64,000 nucleotides of DNA, taken from positions 83,254 through 147,253 of the forward strand of contig CAMDDU010000005.1 of assembly GCA_945892985.1 (NCBI GenBank). The letters are read 5' to 3'. The position numbers were made by a program, and so were the translations under genes. Below the pieces are notes generated by a model that was given only the letters and a program-made list of their open reading frames with translations, was not told the origin of the DNA and searched no databases. Below, one piece after another: positions 46,042 through 53,611 of this stretch. Origin of the DNA: Bordetella parapertussis. GTDB taxonomy: Bacteria > Pseudomonadota > Gammaproteobacteria > Burkholderiales > SG8-39. Numbering within the stretch: position 1 is the first letter of the stretch; the number at the start of each line of letters is the position of its first letter.

Positions 46042-46779
46042 TCAGTCGCTTCTGCGCGCAATTGCGTAAAGCTCGGACCCGGCGTCGGGTAGGTGGCGAC
46101 CTAGCTTGTAGAGCCCGTCCAGCATGGCATCGGTCAGCAGCCCTTGTTCGCGCAGTATCGCCATTTGGGCGTGGGTGAAGGGTTTGATGAAAAAACTGCC
46201 GCTTTCGAGAACGTCGAAACCCGCGGCCTTTAGGCGGGTTTCAAGGGTGTCACGGTCGTAGGTTGCGGCCTGTTGCATGCGCTGCTGCGTTGCTGATTTT
46301 TCGAACACGTCCTTGATCAAACCCATTTCCAGCGCCAGCAAGCGGTGGAAGGAGCGCGCGTTGGGGACGTAGACATGCAGTCTGGTGCCGCGGTTGCAAA
46401 GGGTCCGAGCCGCGGTGAGCAGGGCCGCTGGATCGGGCACTTCGTGGAGCAGGCTGCTAAGCACAACGCAGTCGAAATCATGGTTGGCGAGGTTGGGGGC
46501 GAGCTGTTCCAAGGTGCCTCGTAGTACGCGTATCGCGGCATTGGCTCCCGCCGCCGACAAGGCCATGGCGTGAAAATGCTCGGCGGGTTCGATGACATGC
46601 ATGGATTCAAAGCCGGCGTAATGAAGGAATAGCGCCTCCGCCCCGCAGCCGACCTCGAGCACCCGCATGCCACCGTGGTTTGCGAGGGACTCAAGCAGGT
46701 GGCGCCGGCGGTAGGCGGCCTGGATGTTCTCGAAAGGCAACTCCCCGTAATCCAGCTGATAACGGTCAAGGTCACGCAC
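46042..46779 (-). CDS. Class I SAM-dependent methyltransferase (paralog A)
   Basis: VLEVGCGAE, DCVVLSSLLHEV and GTRLHVYVPN. The GTG start at 46779 overlaps the upstream stop (GTGCGTGA). The ORF extension to 47202 was rejected. Confidence 0.75.
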   Translation of the reverse strand: MRDLDRYQLDYGELPFENIQAAYRRRHLLESLANHGGMRVLEVGCGAEALFLHYAGFESMHVIEPAEHFHAMALSAAGANAAIRVLRGTLEQLAPNLANHDFDCVVLSSLLHEVPDPAALLTAARTLCNRGTRLHVYVPNARSFHRLLALEMGLIKDVFEKSATQQRMQQAATYDRDTLETRLKAAGFDVLESGSFFIKPFTHAQMAILREQGLLTDAMLDGLYKLGRHLPDAGSELYAIARRSD

Positions 46780-47764
46780 GGTCTGGCAGGTCCTTGGTAA
46801 GAATGAGTTTGAGCGATTCGTGAAACCCCAGGCTGCGCTTGAAGCGAATAAGGCCGTAATTGGGCTCACCCGCTTCGGTTGCGATGCCGGTATCGAGTAT
46901 GGTGATACCCCCGGACTGGCAGTGTTCGTAAATAGCCGAGGCGAGCAGCACAACAGGCGAATAATCCTGCACCCCTTCGATATCGCCCCAGTAAAAAACA
47001 GACATGATTTTTTCGCTGACGCCGATGCAGATCGCCGCGGCGACGAGCTCTTGGTTGCGCCATGCGCCGAAAAACCGCATTCGCTCACCGAAGGTATCAA
47101 CCATGGACATGATGGAAGGGAAATCCATGGTGACCGGATAGCCCTTGCGCAAGCGGTTGTCGGCAATGATGCGGTAGGCTTGTTCGTAACGGGATGCGTC
47201 AAGGTGCGATGTTGTGAAGCCTTCGCGAACGCATTTGTTCAGGCGTTTGCGGTTACCGTAATCCATGCGACCGGACAGGGGCACGGCGCTGACATCAATG
47301 TCGTAATTGATTTCCTGGCCGAAAATGCCAAATCCGCGCCGGTAAAAAACATTGAAACAGTTGGCGAACAGCGATGGGTCGTGGCTTGCCGGGGGCATCA
47401 CGATTTGCAGGCGTGAGGCCTGCATTTGTGCCATTTCGTTTTCGACGGCACAGGCGAAGAGTTCGATCTGTTCCAGCGACAGAGCGGACACTGTGCTGAT
47501 GCCGCCGAAGGTGCCGCGCGCCGGGCTGCGGTAATAGCCCTCGCCGGTGGCGGTGAAATGCATGCAGGCGATGACCGCGCTGCTTTTGCGCTCGATCAAC
47601 TGGAAGTAGTGCGCATCCTGCCCGGCATGCAGGCGGAAAAATTCTACGCTGTTGAAAATATGCATCGGTGCCGCCGGCGCAAATGCGTTCACCAGAAGGG
47701 CGTATTTCTCGTCCAACTCAATGCGGCGCCCGGTGTTTTGCGATGATAGCGGTAGCGTGGACAT
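46772..47764 (-). CDS. FemAB-like / Acetyltransf_6 (GNAT-fold) family protein
   Basis: 330 aa. A central NRKRLNKCVREGF and a C-terminal ...ILDTG......G...FKRSLGF match the FemAB/BioF2-like pattern of duplicated GNAT folds. Confidence 0.6.
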   Translation of the reverse strand: MSTLPLSSQNTGRRIELDEKYALLVNAFAPAAPMHIFNSVEFFRLHAGQDAHYFQLIERKSSAVIACMHFTATGEGYYRSPARGTFGGISTVSALSLEQIELFACAVENEMAQMQASRLQIVMPPASHDPSLFANCFNVFYRRGFGIFGQEINYDIDVSAVPLSGRMDYGNRKRLNKCVREGFTTSHLDASRYEQAYRIIADNRLRKGYPVTMDFPSIMSMVDTFGERMRFFGAWRNQELVAAAICIGVSEKIMSVFYWGDIEGVQDYSPVVLLASAIYEHCQSGGITILDTGIATEAGEPNYGLIRFKRSLGFHESLKLILTKDLPDRA

Positions 47765-47770
47765 CGGGGC

Positions 47771-48889
47771 CTATCCGCCTTTTATCCATGACAGCCAATC
47801 GGGTTTGGCGGGCTTCACCGTTGCGGCGTGTCCGTCCGGCAGTTGCGCTTTCAGTGCCGAGATGACTTTTTCCTGCTCACGGAGTATGTGCGCGTACTTT
47901 GCCCGGTAAAGGTCGAGTTCCGCCGACAGGCGGGTGACGTCTTTGGCTGTGATCGCATTCGGTTCGCCCCGGCATTCGGCCGGCGTGCTCTCATAGAGCA
48001 TCTCCAGCCCGAAGCGCCGCACCTGCAGGCCGATTTCCTGGCCTGATGTCGATTCGGCATTAACGGCAATCTGGCCAAGTTGCGCGGCGCGCGGCAGGCG
48101 GCCCAGTTCCTGGCTGGCGAATTCTGGTGCAAAAATATCCCGAAACAAGGCCTCATCATAGTGAAGATAGTGCCGCAGAATGCGTTCGGTTTCCCAGGCA
48201 GTGCGCGAAAGTGCCGCAGGCTTTGGGGCGCTGGCGTTGCCGCTGCCTTCGATAATGCGAAACAGCATCAGCATTTCAGGAAGAATGTGGATGTCGTAGC
48301 GGCCCAGCAGGCGCATCCACAGATCAAGGTCGTGCACCTGCGCCAGGCGCTCGTCGTAAAGACCGAGTTCATCATGGCAGCGCCGCCTTAGCAGTGCGGC
48401 CGGGTGGCATAAGCAGTTTCCGGTGAAAAAGAATTTGCGCAACCATTGGGCGCGCGTATGGTTTTCTGACTTGAAAACCCCGCTGTAGAAATTATTGCGC
48501 CCGGAAACGGGCTGGCCGGCGTCGTCGATGAAGGCCGGCAGACCGAAGACTGCGCCGACCTGCGGGTTGTTTTCGAGGTAGTCGACCTGGATTGCAGTTT
48601 TGTCCGGCAGGTAGCAGTCGTCCGAGTTGAGTACCGCGACGTACTCCCCGGTGGAGCGCCGGATGGCGTCGTTCATCGCAGCGCTGACACCACTGTTTTT
48701 CCCCAGGCGTTTGAAACGAATGCGTTCATCGCGGATGGAGGCCACCACGTCGGCCGTTCCATCCGTAGAGCAGTCGTCGGTTATGCAGACCTCAAGATCG
48801 CCGTAGCTCTGGGCCAGCACGCTCTCCACGGCTTCGCGCACGAAACGCTCGTGGTTGTAAGCCGGGATGATGACGCTGACCTTGGGCAT
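47771..48889 (-). CDS. Family 2 glycosyltransferase with a C-terminal extension ending in a coiled coil
   Basis: VSVIIPAYNHERFVREAVESVLAQSYGDLEVCITDDCSTD, and a DxD at NSDD. Start is the ATG at 48889. Confidence 0.85.
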   Translation of the reverse strand: MPKVSVIIPAYNHERFVREAVESVLAQSYGDLEVCITDDCSTDGTADVVASIRDERIRFKRLGKNSGVSAAMNDAIRRSTGEYVAVLNSDDCYLPDKTAIQVDYLENNPQVGAVFGLPAFIDDAGQPVSGRNNFYSGVFKSENHTRAQWLRKFFFTGNCLCHPAALLRRRCHDELGLYDERLAQVHDLDLWMRLLGRYDIHILPEMLMLFRIIEGSGNASAPKPAALSRTAWETERILRHYLHYDEALFRDIFAPEFASQELGRLPRAAQLGQIAVNAESTSGQEIGLQVRRFGLEMLYESTPAECRGEPNAITAKDVTRLSAELDLYRAKYAHILREQEKVISALKAQLPDGHAATVKPAKPDWLSWIKGG

Positions 48890-48932
48890 GGGGCCTTGCC
48901 TCACGTTGCGGGGTTCTCCGGGTTTGCCGGGT

Positions 48933-50423
48933 TTAACGGTCTATGCCGCCGATGCACAGGTATTTTATGACAAGAAAATCTTCGATACCGTACTTCGAAC
49001 CCTCGCGCCCTATGCCAGATTCCTTGACGCCGCCAAAGGGGGCGACCTCGGTCGAGATCAGTCCGGTGTTTATGCCGACGATGCCGTACTCGAGCGCCTC
49101 GGCGACGCGCCAGATGCGGCCGATGTCGCGGCCGTAAAAATACGACGCCAGCCCGAACTCAGTGTCATTGGCCATCTGTATCGCCTCCGCCTCGGTGTTG
49201 AAGCGAAATAGCGGTGCCACGGGGCCGAACGTTTCTTCGCGCGTGACTTTCATTCCGGTGTTCACCCCGGAGAGCACAGTCGGTTCGAAGAACAGACCGC
49301 CCAGCGCGTGGGGTTTCCCGCCGGCCAGAACCCGGGCACCCTTGGCGACGGCATCACTGATGTGTTCCTGGACCTTGGCCACGGCCTTGGCGTCGATCAG
49401 CGGACCGGTGGTAACGCCCTCATCCATGCCGTTGCCGACCTTGAGTGTTTTAACCTTTGCGGCGAGCTTTTCGGCGAAGGCGTCGTAGACCTTGTCCTGA
49501 ACGAGTATTCGGTTGGCGCAAACGCAGGTTTGGCCGTTGTTGCGGAACTTGGAAATGATCGCGCCCTCAACCGCGGCATCGAGGTCGGCGTCATCGAACA
49601 CGATGAAGGGCGCGTTGCCACCGAGCTCCATCGAGGTTTTTTTCACCGTTGCGGCGCACTGCTCCATCAGCTTTTTGCCGATTTCAGTGGATCCGGTAAA
49701 TGTCAGCTTTCGTACGATGGGGTTGGAGGTCATCTCCCCGCCGATGGCCGCGGCGGCGCCGGTGACCACCGACAGCACGCCCTTGGGAACGCCGGCGCGC
49801 TCTGCGAGCTCGGCCATGGCCAGCGCCGAATAAGGCGTCGCCGTCGCCGGCTTGACCACCATGGTGCAGCCGGCGGCGAGGGCCGGGCCGGCCTTGCGTG
49901 TGATCATGGCGGCAGGAAAATTCCAGGGCGTGATCGCGGCACACACGCCGATCGGTTCCTTGAGCACGACAATGCGCTTGTCTGCCTGGTGCTGCGGGAT
50001 GGTGTCGCCGTATATGCGCTTGCCCTCCTCGGCGAACCATTCGATGAACGAAGCGGCATAGGCGATTTCACCGCGCGACTCGGAGAGCGGTTTGCCCTGT
50101 TCGGCGGTCATCAGCTTTGCCAGGTCTTCCTGGTGCAGCATCATCAGTTCGAACCATTTGCGCAGGATGGTGCTGCGCTCCTTTGCCGTTTTGGCGCGCC
50201 AGCCGGGAAATGCGGCGTTGGCCGCGGCGATGGCGCGGCGTGTTTCATCAGTTCCCATGTTGGGGATGCTGCCAAGAATTTCGCCGTTGGCGGGGTTGCT
50301 GACGGTGACGGTCTTGCCACTGTCGGCATCGGACCATTTTCCGTCGATGTAGCACTGCTGACGGAACAGATGGGGGTCTTTGAGGCCGAGCGCGGCGACG
50401 CCGGTGATTTTGGGTGAGTTCAT
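48933..50423 (-). CDS. gabD: NAD(P)-dependent succinate-semialdehyde dehydrogenase
   Basis: ALDH motifs ITPWNFP, ELGGNAP and the catalytic GQTCVCANR. The overall pattern is GabD-like. Confidence 0.85.
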   Translation of the reverse strand: MNSPKITGVAALGLKDPHLFRQQCYIDGKWSDADSGKTVTVSNPANGEILGSIPNMGTDETRRAIAAANAAFPGWRAKTAKERSTILRKWFELMMLHQEDLAKLMTAEQGKPLSESRGEIAYAASFIEWFAEEGKRIYGDTIPQHQADKRIVVLKEPIGVCAAITPWNFPAAMITRKAGPALAAGCTMVVKPATATPYSALAMAELAERAGVPKGVLSVVTGAAAAIGGEMTSNPIVRKLTFTGSTEIGKKLMEQCAATVKKTSMELGGNAPFIVFDDADLDAAVEGAIISKFRNNGQTCVCANRILVQDKVYDAFAEKLAAKVKTLKVGNGMDEGVTTGPLIDAKAVAKVQEHISDAVAKGARVLAGGKPHALGGLFFEPTVLSGVNTGMKVTREETFGPVAPLFRFNTEAEAIQMANDTEFGLASYFYGRDIGRIWRVAEALEYGIVGINTGLISTEVAPFGGVKESGIGREGSKYGIEDFLVIKYLCIGGIDR

Positions 50424-50551
50424 GATGCCTCCGTGGGATGCGCCGCCCGGGCGGGGAGCGAATATCGCAGCAGTTTAATTCAGCCCGAACCCGAGTGACA
50501 GATTGATTCGCCAGTCCGGTTTGCGTAAGTTGGTCTTGCCTTCGAATGGGG

Positions 50552-51850
50552 TCAACCCATTTGCGAGGGGATCCAGGTCGCAATCCAGGGGAAAAGGCAA
50601 AGCAGTACGAGCCGCACGCAGTCGGCGGTGACAAAGGGCATGATGCCCCGCACTATTGTCTTCATTGGTATGCCGCACGCGCCTTGCAGCACGAAGAGAT
50701 TCATGCCGACGGGCGGCGTGATCATGCCGATCTCGGCTACCGTGACGACCATGACGCCGAACCAGATCGGGTCGAAGCCCAGCGTTTTTATCAGCGGGAA
50801 TACTGCGGAGATGGTCAGCAAAATCATCGAAATGCTGTCGAGGAAGCAGCCCAGTACGATGTAAAAGAGCATCAAAATCAGCATCACCACCCAGCGGTTG
50901 AAGCCCTGACCCTGCACCCAGTCGACCGTCGCCTGCGTGAATCCTGTCGCTTCGACGAAGAAATTGAAAATATTCGCGCCGATCAGGATCATGAAGATCA
51001 TGGCCGATGTCGTGGTGGTTTCGATCATGCATTGCTTGAGCATGACGCGATTGATCTGGCCGCCAGCCCATGCCAGCAACACGGCGCCGGCAGCGCCCAC
51101 CGCGGCAGCCTCGGTCGGTGTGAACCAGCCAAAGTACATGCCGCCCAGAACCAGCGCGAAAAGGGAGGCCACTTTCCAGACATCGCGCAGCGCCGTGAAT
51201 TTTTCCGTCCATGAAAGGCGCGGCCCCGCCGGCCCGGCTGCCGGGTTGCGCAGCGTGATCCAATAGACGGCGCCCCAGTAGAGCATGGTGCCAAGAATAC
51301 CCGGCAGGATGCCGGACAAAAACAGCTTGCCGATGGACTGCTCGGTCATCAGCGCGTAAATGACGAAGATGATGCTCGGCGGGATCATCACGCCCAATGT
51401 GCCGCCAGCGGCGATCGAGGCCGCGGCGAGGCTGTCGTCGTAATTCAGGCGTTTCATCTCCGGCAACGCGACCTTGCCCAATGTCGCCGCCGTGGCCAGC
51501 GACGATCCGCAAATGGCACCGAACAGGGCGCAGGCGCCCACGGTGGCAAGGGCGAGTCCGCCGCGCAGTTGCCCGACAAACGCCGCAACGCAGTTATAGA
51601 GGCTGCGCGACAGTCCCGCATGACCGGCGAACACCCCCATCATCACAAACAAGGGCACGACCGAAAGATCGTAGGGAAAAACCGTGTCAAACGGCGCTTT
51701 ACCCAGAATGAATGCAACGCTTTCCCAGCCATTGGTGAAGCCGAACCCGATTGCGCCGGTGACGCCCATGGCCACGGCAACCGGCACGCGCAAAAAAATA
51801 AGGCCCATGCAGACGACAAAGCCGATGAGCCCGAGTGTGGGTCCTTGCAT
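50552..51850 (-). CDS. TRAP transporter large permease subunit (DctM family)
   Basis: 432 aa and polytopic. Typical DctM N-terminus and size. It follows the DctQ gene after 9 nt. Confidence 0.9.
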   Translation of the reverse strand: MQGPTLGLIGFVVCMGLIFLRVPVAVAMGVTGAIGFGFTNGWESVAFILGKAPFDTVFPYDLSVVPLFVMMGVFAGHAGLSRSLYNCVAAFVGQLRGGLALATVGACALFGAICGSSLATAATLGKVALPEMKRLNYDDSLAAASIAAGGTLGVMIPPSIIFVIYALMTEQSIGKLFLSGILPGILGTMLYWGAVYWITLRNPAAGPAGPRLSWTEKFTALRDVWKVASLFALVLGGMYFGWFTPTEAAAVGAAGAVLLAWAGGQINRVMLKQCMIETTTTSAMIFMILIGANIFNFFVEATGFTQATVDWVQGQGFNRWVVMLILMLFYIVLGCFLDSISMILLTISAVFPLIKTLGFDPIWFGVMVVTVAEIGMITPPVGMNLFVLQGACGIPMKTIVRGIMPFVTADCVRLVLLCLFPWIATWIPSQMG

Positions 51851-51859
51851 CAGGGTGTC

Positions 51860-52393
51860 CTAAACTTGCGCCGACTGTCCGCTTTCGGCGGATCCGGTGC
51901 CAAACAGGCCGAAGCGGGCGTAACGCAGCATTTGCAGGAGGCTCGCAACGAGACCCAGCACGAAGCCGATCATCAGCGGGATCCAGTTCCAGATAAAAGG
52001 AATGCCTATGGTTTGCGAAGCATCCCCGCTTTCCAGTTGCTGCTGCGCGCGAGACAGGCAATACCAGCTGAGGGCGATCATGAATGCGGTTGCGGCAAAG
52101 GCGCCGGCCGCCTTCACGAGTGCCAAAGGGCGCTCGGGCAGCAGGTCGGTGACAAACTCCACCGCGACGTTGGCTTCGCGTGTGAACGCGAACGGGATCG
52201 ACAGGAAAACAAAGCCCATGACAAAGAGTTGAGTCAGGTCAACCAGTCCCGGCACCGACCAGCCGATGGACCGGCGTGTCAGCACGTCGAGTACGGTCAC
52301 CAGTGTCGCGCAGGCAAGAAGGGAGAGCCCGCACCACGCCGAAAAGCGCGTGACCTCTTCCGACCACGCGCACAGGCGGTCAAGCAGTTTCAT
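51860..52393 (-). CDS. TRAP transporter small permease subunit (DctQ family)
   Basis: 177 aa with four TM helices, located between the DctP and DctM genes. Confidence 0.8.
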   Translation of the reverse strand: MKLLDRLCAWSEEVTRFSAWCGLSLLACATLVTVLDVLTRRSIGWSVPGLVDLTQLFVMGFVFLSIPFAFTREANVAVEFVTDLLPERPLALVKAAGAFAATAFMIALSWYCLSRAQQQLESGDASQTIGIPFIWNWIPLMIGFVLGLVASLLQMLRYARFGLFGTGSAESGQSAQV

Positions 52394-52406
52394 GCTTTAT
52401 CCCGAG

Positions 52407-52447
52407 CATCTAGCACCTAGCATCTAGCATCTAGCCCCTAGCCCTAG
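52407..52447. repeat. Heptanucleotide tandem repeat (C[AC][TC]CTAG) x6 in the DctP-DctQ intergenic spacer
   Basis: catctag cacctag catctag catctag cccctag ccctag, read directly. Confidence 0.9.
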
Positions 52448-52455
52448 CCGCAAGG

Positions 52456-53532
52456 TCAGGCTTTTTTCGGCGCGAACTTGGCCGCGGCGCGCTGCATCTC
52501 GATATAGATATCGCGCGCGTTTTTGACGCCCTGGCCTTCGGTTTCGATCATGACCTTGTTGTAGGTCGGGATCAGCGCGTCAGCCCAGCGTTTGCGCTCG
52601 GCCTCGCTGAGGGTGATGATGGTGTTGTTACGGGCGATGGCCGCAGCCTTGCCAGCGGCGTCCCATTTGTCCCACCAGCCCTGCATGCGCGAGGCGAGGT
52701 ACTCGCCCGAAACATCGTCGATGATCTTTTTCACCTCGACCGGGAGGGAGTTGAACTTTTTCTCGTTCATGCCGAACCAGAATGCCGCGGTGTAAAAGCT
52801 CGCAACGGTATGGAACTTGGCGACTTCGTCGATCTTGAACGAGCGCACCGGATCCCAGGGGAAGCAGGCGCCATCAATGACACCCTTCTGGAGTTGCTCG
52901 TAGGCCGCTCCCGGGGGCATCCCCACCGGCACCGCGCCCAGTTGCGTTAGCATCGCAGAAGCGGTCGCGCTTGGCGTGCGCAGGCGCAGTCCGACCAAGT
53001 CTTCCATTTTTTCGACTTTCTTGTCCCGCGTGTGGATGTGCCCGGCATTGTGGGTAAGCAGGCACAGCACCTTGATGCCTTTGTATTCTTCCTTGAGATA
53101 TTTTGGATACAGGGACATCAGTGTGCGTGATCCCTGTCCTGCGCCCTCTATCAAGAAGGGCATTTCTACGATGATGCTGCGCGGCAGGCGCCCGCGTGGA
53201 TTGCCTGACAGTCCGAAGGCGATGTCGACGATGCCGTTTTGCACCTGGTCAAGCTGGTTTTCCGCTTTGCCAAGTGGGCTGGCGGCCGCGAATATCTTGA
53301 AGGTGACCCGCCCGTTGGTGCGCTTTTCGATGTCCTTGGACCAGGGTTCGATAAAGTCCGTTTGCACGGCGTGCAGCGCCGGGACGTAGTGGCTGATCTT
53401 GAGTTCGATCGGCGCCTGCGCGCGCAGGATGGAGGGGAAGCCGGCGATGGCGGCAGTGGCGGCGGCGGCCGTGCCGGCCTTGATGAATTTTCTGCGGTTG
53501 AGTTTCTGTTTGGCGTTCGCGTCAAAAGTCAT
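52456..53532 (-). CDS. TRAP transporter substrate-binding protein (DctP family) with a twin-arginine signal
   Basis: The ATG at 53532 lies 9 nt after AGGAGG, and the TTG at 53550 lies inside that RBS. NRRKFIKAG Tat motif. DctP-like body. Confidence 0.9.
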   Translation of the reverse strand: MTFDANAKQKLNRRKFIKAGTAAAATAAIAGFPSILRAQAPIELKISHYVPALHAVQTDFIEPWSKDIEKRTNGRVTFKIFAAASPLGKAENQLDQVQNGIVDIAFGLSGNPRGRLPRSIIVEMPFLIEGAGQGSRTLMSLYPKYLKEEYKGIKVLCLLTHNAGHIHTRDKKVEKMEDLVGLRLRTPSATASAMLTQLGAVPVGMPPGAAYEQLQKGVIDGACFPWDPVRSFKIDEVAKFHTVASFYTAAFWFGMNEKKFNSLPVEVKKIIDDVSGEYLASRMQGWWDKWDAAGKAAAIARNNTIITLSEAERKRWADALIPTYNKVMIETEGQGVKNARDIYIEMQRAAAKFAPKKA

Positions 53533-53611
53533 TTCAGTGTTCCTCCTCAAGTCGGTTGATTCGCCCAGTATATGGGAAGCGCGGCGCGGCGGTGAATCCG
53601 CGCCCAGTCTG

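Noticed and set aside
52407-52447. A CRISPR array was considered for this and the other tandem repeats (60321..60362, 14045..14120)
   Set aside because: The units are 7-15 bp with no unique spacers of 25-40 bp, and no cas genes are present. These are simple tandem repeats.
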